In this document: positions 47,297-60,631 of the stretch, piece after piece | Numbering within the stretch: position 1 is the stretch's first letter | Layout: every line of letters starts with the position of its first letter | Assembly: GCA_002269645.1 (NCBI GenBank) | Contig: NIVC01002153.1 | Span: forward strand, 62,001 to 126,000 | Length of the DNA: 64,000 nucleotides | Direction: 5' to 3' | Source: Macrostomum lignano | Taxonomy: Eukaryota | The notes under the pieces: model-generated | Seen by the model: the letters and a program-made list of their open reading frames with translations, nothing else | What the model was told of the DNA's origin: nothing | Databases searched by the model: none | Position numbers and translations under genes: made by a program

Positions 47297-48533
47297 CCGC
47301 ATCGGTGTGACGTAACAGGAAAAGAACCGTAAAGCCTCGTAAAACATTGAAAAGTTGTTGACGAATTTCAAGGCGAGCTTGATTGATGATTGGCACTTTT
47401 TGCCTGCCACTGTGTCTCTCAGCTTGATGTCGTTTAAGTTTGTTTTATTTAAGAAATCTATTTTGACTCGAGTAAATAGTTTCAATTTTATATTTTTGTT
47501 CCGATGCTCAATAAAAAATTGAAAAACTTGAAAGTGACAATCAATAGATTCGGCTATATTTTGTCTGTTTTTACCAATTTGAAGGGATTTTTTCACCCCC
47601 ATTACGGTGATGACAGTCGGGGTGATAACCGAATGCTTGAGAGACTAGCTGAGGATGTCCAGCAGTTGGGGCTTGCCCACTGCCGAGGCTTGATCAGCGA
47701 AACTCGAGAAATTTGCAACAGCGTGTCCAATAGTCATCTGGTGCCACCTGTTGAAGGTCCAGAAGCTCCGCCTGGGTGTTAATTAAGCGTTGATCCTTTG
47801 ATCTGTTAGAAACATTAGTTGCTTTGTTGATAAAGATAATCGGGCCATGTCGTGTCATGTCGACAATCGTTAGGATTTGTGTTATAAGGGTTAGATAGTC
47901 AAGCATTCGGTTAGTAGTTTTCTACCAATTTTGCGCGCCTAAATGTATTTACGTGATCACCTCAATAATAATTAACGTCCTTTTAGTTTCAAAATTGTAC
48001 TAATAAATTAAGCGTTTAAATTAAATTATTTATGATTTCGTTGCATTTTAAATGTAAAGCAGGTCGAGACGATTCACATTCTTTCGTTATAAGATTTTTA
48101 ATAAGATCAAAAACAAGACGAATGAATTCTGGCGGATTTAACAAAATATGGTCCAAATAAATTGTTTTTGTAGGACCACCGCGCGCGGTTTGCAATTTTA
48201 TTTGTGCCTTCTCTCTGATGCTGAAATTGATCATGGAATATATTTGAAACGCAACTAACGCAGGCTTTCGTCAGTAGAACTCAATATTTAAATTGCAGCA
48301 GATTTTGCAGAACTCTGATATTTTTGGGAGACTTAGACTTAAAATCAAACCAACTAATTGAGGAGCGACTAAAAATGAAAGCAATTATTCAGATAATCCT
48401 ATCACAGATAATCCTATCATCAGAGCGGCAACCTAAACTCGTTTTTCACCGTCTTTTCGCAGAAAAATTCGCACAGAACTGTTTAAACAAGAACTCCGTC
48501 AGGACTCGAAATTAGACCAGTTTTTTCTTCGTT

Positions 48534-48890
48534 TTACTTTTCCTCATCTGTGTCCTGCTCCTGTTCTTCTTGCGGTCGACGAGCCTGCGGCTGCTTCTGC
48601 TTCTGCTGCTTCGTTGGAGCAGTTTTAGAATTCTTTTTATTCTCATCGGCACCTTCGCCTCCCATCGCATACTTCCTCAAAATGGCCCAAACCTTCTTCT
48701 TGTACTCCTCCTGGCAGTCCTGTATCTCTTTTCGCATCTGCTCGGAGTTCATGTTGATGCCCAGGCATTGGCCGTGCAGAAATGGATTGAAGTAGCATTC
48801 GTTTAGCTTCGGCGGCTGCCGGATGCAGAACGGGTCCAGCACGGCGCTGCAGTTCGGGGTGCAGTACGGTCTGCAACAGGCCGGGTTCAT
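48534..48890 (-). CDS. Hypothetical 118-aa protein, Cys/Pro-rich N-terminus and charged C-terminus
   Basis: ATG after an A/C-rich leader; GC-rich coding-like composition within AT-rich DNA; family not recognised. Confidence 0.55.
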   Translation of the reverse strand: MNPACCRPYCTPNCSAVLDPFCIRQPPKLNECYFNPFLHGQCLGINMNSEQMRKEIQDCQEEYKKKVWAILRKYAMGGEGADENKKNSKTAPTKQQKQKQPQARRPQEEQEQDTDEEK

Positions 48891-49348
48891 GCTTTTTGTT
48901 GCAGCTAGCTGTGGTCTTTTGTTGTGGATGGAAATTGTTTTCTTGTCTCGTCTAGCTCTTTAGACACTAGGATTTAGAAAATGCAGACACACTTTTGCCT
49001 TTATAGCCTTTAATTGAGCAAGTTTGGTCTGTTCTCAAGCTATCGCTGCATGTCTATGGTAAATGCAGCTCCATGAAAATTATTAACATTTGCTCAAATA
49101 TGGAGTCAGGGATCGCAACTACTGTATACGAGCTAAATGCAGTAAAATTCCTCCTGGTAGTGCAGGGTAATGAAACCTGCATGTACTGTACACCTTACAT
49201 TTCTACTTGGCTGGCTCGTATGAACAGAACTCCGTACAGCCATTCGACGTACATGTAATTGCTATATAGGGGACTTATTAGAGTCCAAAAATTGCCCGCA
49301 GACGAATTGCCCGCCGAGATTTCCCCAACGAGATAATTGCCCGCAGAA

Positions 49349-50390
49349 GATTCGCCCGCAATGCTTTTTCCTGCAGCGCACTTTTTACGCAGCAGATCTG
49401 GTCTGCATTGCCTCCCCGATGCTTATAGTAAGTCTTAATAAAAGATTTACCCGATCCAACCCAAGCAACAGGTACGCGCGTATTACGCGCATATTTGAAG
49501 CGTAATGTCATACACAGCGCGTAAAACACGCATATTACGCGCGTTATTATACGCTAGTGTAGTTAGTACGTATGAAACATTCGCCGACACTTCTACAGAC
49601 ACTTTAGTTTCTGTCGTACGAATCTTTTTTTTAGGAACAAGCATTAAATTTGTTTATTCCTAACAAACTATCAGTAAAATGCTTTATTTTAAGCTTTTTT
49701 TGCTTTATTTTATTAAATATGAATTAGGAAGTGTCCTGGACAAATTTAACATTCTTCTTCACGTGAAGAGAATCTATGCAGAATAACAAATTTCATGATT
49801 CATATTCATGTATTTTTTCATGTAATACCGAATTGTACATGTACAGTACAAGTCTATAGAAAGTAAAAGTGGCACCTATATACATGTAGTCAATCTGTAA
49901 GAAGCAATATAAGCTTTATAATAAGCTAAATGGAAAGTATAGTGCAAAGCTACTCGGCATTACCGCGGTCAGCCGACCTCGGCCCGAGGTTGTCGGCCCG
50001 AGCTAGAACCGCCGTCAACCCGCCGAGCTCGGCTTTGCCACTGGGATGCAGTTATAGCATTGCGTTATTACAGCGTATTTTCTGTGTTACAAAAGGCGCG
50101 TATTTTGTGCGTTCACTTACGCGCGTACAGAATTACCAAAAAATGCGCGTAAAACGCGCGTAGCTTACGCGCGTAAAACGCGAATGAAAACGCGCGTTTT
50201 ATGCGCGTAATACGCGCGTACCTGTTGCTTGGGAAAACGTTTCGATGGTAACTGTATATCAAATGCACATTCTATATACACACGCTCGTACAGGGGTACA
50301 TCTGTGAGCTACATGCATGTACATCTGTGAGCTACATGCATGTACATCTGTGCTAAATGCGCTGCAGGAAAAAAGCATTGCGGGCAAATC
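49349..50390. mobile_element. Nested inverted-repeat elements: outer IR 49349-49380/50358-50390, inner MITE 49460-50233
   Basis: GATT(C/T)GCCCGCAATGCTTTTTCCTGCAGCGCA and CCCAAGCAACAGGTACGCGCGTATTACGCGCATA each recur as reverse complements. Confidence 0.85.
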
Positions 50391-50879
50391 TCGTGCTCCC
50401 TACTTACTATATAGTATAATGTAACTATACGTACTGGTGAAGCTATTCGAAACTTAACGCACTATATTCATAGGGAACAGGCAATTGGAATCAAGCTTAT
50501 TGATGATGCTAATTAATATGCGAAATCGAACCAGTTTGGAATCGAGAGCTAAAGCTGTTACTTTTTTTAACAAAACTGACTAAAACTTTTAATTGGTTTT
50601 TGCTGATTCAATCCGTCATCACATTTGAAAGCTGCAGCTAGTACATGACTTTTGTCCTTGCAAAATGCGCTATGCGCTATATTGACTTTTTGACTTACTT
50701 GACTTAGCTGCAGGGCTGTCCCGGAGGGGACACAGCGGGAAGGCGCGAACGCCCATTCCGCTAATCCCTGAACGGCCCGTCGCTGTATGGACGAAGGGTT
50801 GACGCCGCCCAGGGAGGTCCCCCAGTGTCGTTATAGCAGCTATGATGCTCTCTGAAAGGGAGAGTTCAGCCCTGCGGGT

Positions 50880-51235
50880 GGCCCGGAGGTAGTGCATGAG
50901 CTGATTAAAATTTTCGGGTTTGCACACTTCAGTAATAGATTGTGTGGCCCGAGGTAAGTGGAGTCTGGCTCGCATATGATGGCGGGAAAGATGCTGACGA
51001 AATGTTCAACGGTTTCGTCTCCTGAGTTACATAAAAACTGCAGATGGCGTTGGTGGCGTTGCCCTGCAGGTACTGGTGCCTGGAGAAGCAGCCGTGGCTT
51101 GAGAGGGTCATGGTGGCAGCCCGGATGTCTCTACGCGAGAGGCGCAGTAGGAGCTTCCGAAACTGGTGAGAGGGCTGATCAGGGACAGCGCCTCTGGATT
51201 GCCTGTAGGTGTAGTGCAGTTTGCCCAGGTTGAAC
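50880..51235 (-). mobile_element. 3' fragment of an I/Loa-type LINE
   Basis: RRDIRAATMTLSSHGCF and degenerate knuckle C...DETVEHFVSI.PA; related to 34330-34980. Confidence 0.7.
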
Positions 51236-52020
51236 GATGCGCTATATTACTTTATAAAGACTTTTTTAACTACGAGAGAGTTTCCCTCAATAGTGTTCAC
51301 CCATCTTTCGGTGTTAGCTAGAAAACGCCATCATGCATGAGTTGTCATTTTTTCTCTGTTTTGGTCGAGCGGAATGTGTCATGCGTCAATATATCATTGC
51401 GACAAAAATAAAATTTATTTTGTGTGATATGCAAAGCAACATACATGCATCATCAAGCACCTGCTCTGGATAATCATCCGTCCTCATTCATTTATCATTT
51501 ATCAACTATACAAATATATACTGCACGCAGAGCAAATTCTCAAAAGTACATGTAAAATCTAAAGAAGAAATACAACATGAATCGTGTCATACAGCCATCA
51601 GCTCTCTCCAATTGAGATACCGCGGGTTAGTATACTCGTAGCAAAAAAGGCTTTTGAGTTTCCATTGCTTTCGAGTAGTAGAAGGGCTAGTACTACCTTG
51701 CTATTATACTTACAGTAATCAAGAAAGAAAAATTCCTCCTGCTTCGGAAAAATGGCCTCGTTGCTAGCGGGCTGGTCCAATATATTCATAGAAGCCCTAA
51801 GGGCTACGGCAGAGCCACCAATGCAAACAGTTACAGAAGTGCCCGCGTTAACACCCTTTTATGAACTGCTCAGGAACATCTCCAGCTACTCTTCTCACAA
51901 ACTGAGACATGACGTCTGACAGACGGAGATGCCTTTCCTCGCACTGGGTTTGTTAAAATCGATAAAAAGGTCTCAGAAATTCGGTTTAAAAAGATCTGTT
52001 CAAATTTTTGGCAAATGAAC

Positions 52021-53671
52021 GTAGGCGACGCATTTGTTTCCCCATTGATATTCGAATTTTAACAAAAGCAAAATACTAAAAGCAAATCGTAGCATGAAAC
52101 TTTACACAGCGTAAACTGCAACCGTGAAAAGACTATTGGTCAAGTTTCAGCTCGATATGTAACTTTGGCTCTGAGCTGGAGCGATTTTCGATGTGTTTCA
52201 TTTAAAATACATGTGATTCCAAAATTCATATTGATATTCGAGTACAGGTACTTCTGCTTCACCGATCTTGACGAAACTTTACACAGAGTAAACTGCAACC
52301 GTGAAACAAGTATTGGTCAAGTTTCAGCTCGATATGTAACTTTAGCTCTGAGCTGGATGTACAAACACCAGTCGAATTCACATCATCGGTCCGATTCTCA
52401 AGATTTATTGGAGCTACATGTACATGTATTTCATGTATGGCCTCATCTGCACGCTGGCTGGAAACTGCTTGCAGACTGTTCAAGATTACGCATGTTTGGG
52501 CTGGTTTTACGCCGGCTTGTGTTCTGACGTTCATGAGTAGTTCTTTTATCTCCTGAATCCTTCTTATTGTTTTTTGGCCGTGATGCATCAAGTCCAATTT
52601 GTAACTTTGTACAACAAATAGATGTACAGGAAATGGTATTTCAAAACGAAAAATTTTTCTTTAAAAAGTCAAGTCAACTCACCACTATACGGACGATTTA
52701 CGAAATGGAGTTTGTTCTTGAATTAGAATTGAAAGAAATAACTTTTCTGAATAAGAAGGTTGCATAGCCAAACTTTTCTGAATAAGCGAATAACTATAAT
52801 TAGCAAACTGTTTATGCTAGACTAATAAAAACAAAATTTTAACACGATTATTAGTAGAAACGACTGAATCTTAAAATCAAAATAGATAACGGAATAATGG
52901 TGCAGCTATTGGGAATCTTAGACAACTATACTGTGCGCTCGTATAGGATTACCAGTCGTCTTTAGCATCTTTGACAGCTTAGTCTCTTTTAATATACAGT
53001 CAGTAAATTCTTTAAAAGCAAAAAAATCGATAACTATAAACTGGGTCAAAAGTGTTGTACAGTCCCCTCATGCTTGAAAAGGGATGGTGTTATTCTCGTC
53101 GAACCAAACACCGACGATGGTGAAAGACAAACTTACAGGCTCGTAAGCTAAAACATGGTGAAAGCAACCAAATTCAAAGCCTCTAAAACTGTTCAACTAA
53201 CAGTCAATGTAAATGCAATGGAAAAAGTATTCAATGAAATAAAAAACAACCAGTAAATAATACTTCGCCAATTCAGCACACCATTAAGTACATGTATACT
53301 CGTATGAATAAAGCAGGGAGTATGATCAAAGCCAAAGTTACATATCGAGCTGAAACTTGACCAATAGTCGTTTCACGGTTGCAGTTTACTCTGTGTAAAG
53401 TTTCGTCAAGATCGGTGAAGCAGAAGTACCTGTACTCGAATATCAATATGAATTTTGGAATCACATGTATTTTAAACGGAACACATCAAAAATCGCTCCT
53501 GCTCAGAGCCAAAGTTATATATCGAGCTGAAACTTGACCAATAGTCGTTTCACGATTGCAGTTTACTCTGTGTAAAGTTTCATGCTACGGGTTGCTTTTA
53601 GCATTTTGCTTTTGTTAAAATTCGAATATCAATCCGAATATCAATGGTGTAACGAAATGTGTCGCCGATAC
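52021..53671. mobile_element. Foldback-type element with ~320-bp terminal inverted repeats, each containing an internal duplication
   Basis: ~52021-52346 matches the reverse complement of ~53330-53671. Confidence 0.85.
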
Positions 53672-54305
53672 TAACACTTGAACTTTCAGCCGTCGAGAGT
53701 GCCAAGTCAGAGCGCGAACTCTTATTAACAATCGATTATTTATATTTATATTGGTTACTTATCAGTCATTAAAACAAAAGTTTCATTATAAAATTATCTT
53801 GCAAAATAACATAAATTACATACAGTAAAAAGTACAGTGAGATAAATACAATATAAATACTATAATACCAATACAACCTGATAAGAGTAAATACGAAATT
53901 GTTTACTTTTAAATTACATACGCAGATATGTTACAATGGGGAAACAAATCCCCATTGATCATCGCATTCGTCGCATCGTCATCATCTCTGCCATTAATTG
54001 GCATTGTGATTTGTGAATTGTGATGACTGTTTTTCAGTTCCAGTTCCAAATTGGCCTGGAAGGATAAATTAGCCTCGTAACTGCACTACTGGAGTTAAGG
54101 AACAAAACACTTATTGTTTTTGCATGCTTTGTTATTATTTTGTTTCCAAATGTGAAAAGGCCTATGCAGGGGGCTGGGGCGGGGGCCTATAATCCTATTA
54201 TCCTATATATAAGTTAGGCCCTAACTTAGGGGCGTTAGGGCCTACACTGCTTTTGCAATGGTCTTTGCAGAATTTTCATGCTAGTTCCCAGTGAGCTCCG
54301 CGAAA

Positions 54306-54354
54306 CCCACAAACCCAAGGACACGCGCGAAGCGCGTGTCCTTGGGTTTGTGGG
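54306..54354. other. Perfect 23-bp hairpin with GAA loop
   Basis: CCCACAAACCCAAGGACACGCGC-GAA-GCGCGTGTCCTTGGGTTTGTGGG. Confidence 0.95.
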
Positions 54355-56614
54355 GTGAGCGGAGCGAACGCGCGAGGCACAAAGTGCCGAGCATGAGGAA
54401 CAAACAGCCAGCCAATGCGCGAAGCGCATTGGGTGGTCTGGCTTGTGACGAATATAATAATATGAGACGTGTGCATCGAAAAAATGACAAGAAAAATCTC
54501 ACAAAAACTGCTGTAACTTCAAAACTACAAGTGCGAATTTCACAAGTGAGGTGTCATTTTAAAGAGAAGAATCTGATCTATTTAACGAGTATAGTTTTGT
54601 ATGGATTCACTGCGGAGAAAAGGAACAGGCTTCAGTTGAAATGTTTGTCTTAAGATTATGTCTTTACAAAAGTGCATTTCCTCATGCACATTAAAACTCG
54701 AGCTAAAAATGTTCGAGGGTTATAGGTGCGCCTTACTAAGATGCATAACATTATTGGGTTGTTTTTTTCAATTGTATCAAAAAGTTGGCACTTTGGTTGC
54801 AAAAAATGCAAAAATTGAAAATGTACTTTTACAGTTTTTTGCATTTTTTTCTATACTGCTAATAGTTAAGCATACATACTATGCACCAATTGATGCGCAA
54901 TTCAAAGATACACAAGTGTGGAAGTTTTCAATTCTTAAACATTTGAAATCAGAAAGTTATCGACGAAAGACTAAAAATCATGATCTCAAACTGATTTGAG
55001 GAAAAGTGCTCATTATAATTTTTGGAATATGGAAGAAACAATTCAACGCCGTCATCTAATTCCAAACTAACTGTACTTTAAGGTACTGCGATTATTTTTT
55101 TATTGAAAGAGCGAAACCTGTTTAAATATTTGAAAAAATGGAAAAAAAGTACCTTTTTTCATAGAAATACACTCTTTTGACTGCTTAATCCGATTTCCAA
55201 CAACAAAATAGTTGCTTTCCTGCTGGTGCAAACCGTTATTAGGGTGAATTTTCAAAATTGCATACTGTGCCAAAAGTAAACTGAAGCTTAATATTTATAA
55301 ACATTAGAAACGGGACCACTAATGGGTATTTTACTTTGGTTACTTACTATGGACTAAACTGGCACTGGCAGAGACAGATTTGAGAGAAACTAATTGCTCC
55401 ATTGTATTTGTATTTGGCTCCAGCGTTACAAATTACAATAGCTATTTCGGGGTCTAACCGGCTAAGTTATCAAAAAAGCTAGATACCAATCACCAGTTTC
55501 ATCATCAGCTATACCTACCACGATTTTATAGTCACATGCAACAGTAATACCCTCCTTTAAAAGTTTTCAATATCTAAAATGATGTGTTAAATTTTATAAA
55601 ATTTCATAAACAGTGAAATTTTAGCTGTTTACGTGCTGGTGGTTTGAACGTAGCTACTTTGTGCGAAAATACACTGTCATTAATACCGTACCTATTATTG
55701 TATTTATTGTATTGAAAGTTGATGTGTAAATTGTACTTTTCTATTTTTTTGTCATTCGTTATCGCACTCGGGCCGGCCTGCCTGCCTTGTGGGGTGTGGT
55801 GGCCTTGGCCACTTTCTCCCCCTTCTGCTAGGATCCAAAGCAAGCTTTCAAGTGTACATTTAATATTATCGATCGATTATTTAAAACAAGCCTCTAGTGG
55901 CTGGTGTTGAGAGTGAGTGGCCTTGAGTGTACGCGAAAGCAAGAGGAAGCCCATGGGCGGACTATATGAACCTTCCTTTAGTGGAAAGTTGGGCCTTGTG
56001 CATTGGATAGTGTACGCTACACAAGACAGAAGGTAAAGAGAAAGAGAACGACAGGCTAGCCAATAGCGATAGCATGTGCTTCTTTCTCTCCAGTCCACTA
56101 TGGTAGGGGGGGGGAGGGGGTGTCAGACGGCCCAACTCTAACCCCCATACCCAAAACAGCGTACATGTAGAATAAGAAGGGATTGGGTCCAGATAAGTCT
56201 TCCCAAATGTACATGTATGTACAAAGACAAACACAGACAAGAAAAATGGCTCTAAAAACCATTGTTATTGTTACACTGTGTGTCTATTTTTATTAACTTG
56301 ACTTTGACTTGTCTTTACTCTAGCATGGTCAAGGATAATTACTGTTACTTCATACCTAATTTACAATTAATTGCATAAGATTAAGAAGGAATAATACAAT
56401 CGAGGTCGAACCCATGATCACTTGACCCACCCACCCATGATCACTTCTGATTCTGACCTACATGTATCTACTATATCCTGCCAGTTTCTCCAGTTTTATG
56501 GGTCTTGGTGTCGGTGATTCGAGCAATTCCATTACATTTTATCGGTGCAGTGCGTCTATTAATGCTTAGCTACTTGTATATGTGTTGCAGAACTTATGCT
56601 CGTAGTTTCCCTTC

Positions 56615-57393
56615 TAGGGATGTTGACCCCGGGAGTGCTCCCCGGGGAGCTTGTCGGGGAATACTCTCCGGGGAATTTAACCGGGGACCCTGGGGAGAAA
56701 AAATATGAAAAAATGCATTTGTAACTTAATTTTTGCCATTAAAATAAGAAACTGATTCACAGAAAGCTGATTGAAACTCTGTCTATGCTCTTTTACCGCA
56801 TAATTGCTTATTTCAATGCATTACATGTATTTGAAACACAACACACGTTTGATTGTTTTTTCACTAATAAGTCATTCAATCAAGCAAATTGCACGTAGAA
56901 AAGAAACCCGTCAGGAAAAAGAAGCCTTACTGACTAGTGACTGCTGTGTTGGTCTGCGTTGACGGCTTGACGCAGGCGCAGCGCTGCGTCATGCGTCAGG
57001 CACTGACGCATAGGGGGGTGTCATACATATACTCCCTATTAGACAAGGACAAAATGGTGATTTACATATATATGCAAGAAATAAAATTCCGATTATAAAA
57101 ACAGTCTCATTCATTAATTATCCTCTCACGAGCGTAGCTGTTTAGCATGCATTCCAACAAATGCACTTTTCCGATAAAGGTGCGCGCACGATTTCGTGAT
57201 GCCACATTGTCAAATACAGTTTAAAAAAACATTGTTTAAAATTTTTACCCCTGCGCCTTGAACATGTAGTACAAAGCTTAAATCAAAGTTTAAAAAATTC
57301 CACTTACAATCTAAGTGATCCGCCGTTTTTACTTATTTTTTCTTTTCACCGGGGTCCCCGATAAGATAATTCCCTGGGGAATCGACATCCCTA
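56615..57393. mobile_element. Non-autonomous DNA transposon with TAGGGATG...CATCCCTA ends
   Basis: TIRs; flanks TTTCCCTTC/ATTCCCTTC; second copy at ~59241-60218. Confidence 0.85.
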
Positions 57394-58996
57394 ATTCCCT
57401 TCCTATAAATCATTTGACGTTAGAGACATTTTACAACTCTCGCCCTACTTTATCTATTAGGCTAACTTTATGTATGACACGACGCAAAATATTAGGAGCA
57501 TCAGCGTTAATAATGCCTTGAAAGTCTTTAAATAATCGATACAATACAACACTAGGTATTATAAAATTCCAACCCCAAAGCTCACTGGGGCGAAAAGACT
57601 TTGTCTTCATTAACTAGTCCATAACAACAATTAACAAAATCCCCTAGCATTGAGTAATTTGAGTTTCAGAATTCAGACTTTTATCTCTAGAGTCTAGCTA
57701 GTAGCTAGGCCCTACTAAAGACTAAAGTTGTTTATTTGGAGATTTTATTTGTCCCAACAGTGCAGCAGAAGGCTGTTTTTTTTCCTGAGCTAATTTTAAA
57801 TAGGCCCTACTAGGGCCTATAAATAGGCCAATACTATAAAATCTATATAAATATTTGTCTATACCCTATACTTTGATTAGGCCTATATTAAAAAATACAT
57901 TTTAGTATTAAGGCTCAGGGCTTTTGGCTAGGCCCCCTAGGCCTAATAATAAATTTTTGCTAAGTAAGCCTACATGGGAATGGGATATAATTATAAGACT
58001 AGGCCTAATAATTCCCTGAATCCTGATAGGTATTTATTCTGATACAAAAAGGTTTAGATCTTAGTTTGACAATTACCTTTTAATGATAAAGCGCAGTTAT
58101 TAGGCCTATTGTTACAATGACTATAAATAACAAAATGGTTAGGCTTAGGGCCTATTTTTAAGGTTAATGCATAAGACACTATCTGGGTGATTAGGCCTTA
58201 GGTCTTTATTTAATTTAACCATATAAATAGCAAAACTATTGGGCAAAGGGACAGCACTGCAATGGGAGCTCTAGCATGACACCCGCACATACATGCGCAA
58301 CAGTTGGCCGAGTCGACCGATTTGGCGGCCAACCAAGGAAGTTGCAAAAATGCCAACCCAAAAAAAAACAGAGTAGTAGTACTAAGTAGCTGATGAGGCA
58401 TTTTGGCTTTATAAAATAGTCATAGTTACTCCTGCCGTTTACCCAAAGTTGCGTTAATTTTGCTCTTGGGTTTTTTTACATGTAAGTCGCATTTTTGGCC
58501 AAAAACTACGTCGCATTTTTGTTAAAACTAAGTTGCATGGCCGACTGAAATTTGGAGGTTGCACATGTATGCACTCGCAGGTAACTGTCTTTCTCTGTGG
58601 GGCCTCGGCGCAGCACATAGTCAACAACAATTATAAAGAACAGAGGGGCCAACATGTCACCTTGGAGGACTCTAGAGCTAGTGCAGAAGTCCTCAGGTGG
58701 GCCATCGCTGGTTTGGACAAAGGCTTTGCTATTGTTGTAGAGGTCTATCATTGCAAAGATAAAAGCCAAGGGGATGCCATAGTGCTTAAGCAGCCACGCA
58801 ATCGCCCGCTAGCATATTGAGTCAAAAACTTTGTAGAAATCCACAAAGACAATTGACATAGCTCTTTGTTAAGTTTTACAGGCCTCAATGACTGCTCAAA
58901 GGGCTGCAATCTGCTCTGTTGTTGAGCGGCTGGGCCTAAAGCCACTTTGGAGGCCTAGGATCATTTGGTTGAGGCTAGGTAGTGTAGTATTACATA

Positions 58997-60631
58997 CAGT
59001 GCTGGGCAAGTTAATCAATTTTTTTAACTCGTTAAAAGTTAAAAAGTTAATTTAATTGCTCCAAAAAAATTAACTGTAACTAGTTAATTATTTAACTTTT
59101 GCCCAAAATTTAACTTCTGAAAAGTTAAAAGTTAAAGTTAATAATTCCCTAACGGAAAAAGTGACATTTTCCCGGACATGTGTTCGGCGTGTTTTTTAAA
59201 TTTCAGGTCGGCGCGGCGCGGCTGTGGCCAGGTCGCGGCGCCCTGGGGAGCTTGTCGGGGAATATTCCCCTGGGAATTAGACCGGGGACCCCGGGAAGAA
59301 AAAAAGCATTTTTAACTAAATTTTTGCCATTTAAATAAGAAAATCATTCACAGAAAGCTGATTGAAACTCTGTCTATGCTTTTTTACCGCAAAACTGCTT
59401 ATTTCAATGTATTACTTCAAACACAACACACGTTTGAATGGGGGGGTTCATAAGACTGAAATTTCACAACGCCGAAACACCATACTTCACAAGACCGAAA
59501 CTTCATAAGACCGAAATTTCACATCGTAGAAAACTTTACAATAAGGATTGTATTGCATGCAGAATTTTCGGCGTTGTGAAATTTCGGTCTTATGAAATTA
59601 GCGAATCGTTTGAATGTTTTTTTCACTATGAGTCTTTCAATCAAGCAAATTGAATGTACGAGCGTAGAAACCCATCAGGAAAAAGAAGCCTTACTGACTA
59701 TTGTGTTGGTCTGCATTGACGGCTTGACACATTTGACGCAGGCACAGCGCCATATCCTGCGTCAGTCACTGACGCATAGGGGGGTATCATACAATAACAA
59801 AATACTCTGTATTAGACAGGACAAAATGGTGATTTATTTGGATCTGCAAGAAATTAAAATTTCGATTATAAAAACAGTCTCATTCATTAATTATCCTCAC
59901 ACGAGTGCAGCTGCTAAGTATGCATTTTCCGCCTCCGGAGTCTGGACCCTTTCTGATAAAGGTGCGCGCACGATTTGGTGATGCCATATTGTCAAATACA
60001 GTTTTAAACAAACATTGCTTAAAGTTTTTACCCTTGCGCCTTGAACATGTAGTCCATCCAAAGCTTTAATCAAAGTTAAAAAAATGCCACTTAGTGACTT
60101 ATAAAGATCTAAGTTATCCGCCGTTTTTTACCTATTTTTTTCCCCGGGGTCCCCGGGGAATGACAGTAAATTCCCCGGGTCCCCAATAAGAAAATTCCCT
60201 GGGGAATCGACATCCCTATGTACAACGATAACTTATAGTAGTGCTTGGGTAGAATATCAATAGATAATAGTTGAAGATTCTAGAATCTTCCAAATATGCT
60301 ATACATTATAACTTGTAACTGAAATATATACATGTAATAGTAGTTTGTGACGCGTTAAATAATGCTTAGAAAGGCGAAGTTATTTTATGTAATTATTAAT
60401 TTTACTTTTTATTGGCATACAAGCTGTTGAAACCTGCGGATTTTGAACCCGGGGAACTCCATTTCCCGGAATTATTAACTTTTGTCGTTTAACTTTAACT
60501 TTAGAAAAAAATTAACGATTTTTGTTAACTAGTTAATACATAAAAAATTTAACGAAAATTTAACAATTTTTAAAAAAATTTAACTAGTTAATTAACTAGT
60601 TAAACAATTAACTAGTTAACGCCCAGCACTG
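58997..60631. mobile_element. Non-autonomous hAT-type element
   Basis: TIR CAGTGCTGGGC...GCCCAGCACTG with perfect 8-bp TSD ATTACATA. Confidence 0.92.
59441..59606. mobile_element. 166-bp mini-foldback insertion
   Basis: ~30-bp inverted repeats TTCATAAGAC(T/C)GAAATTTCACAACGCCGAAA; 10-bp TSD CGTTTGAATG; absent from the sister copy at 56615-57393. Confidence 0.85.

Noticed and set aside
47504-47906. Small ORFs on both strands after UFD1
   Set aside because: No motif or splice support; cannot choose a frame
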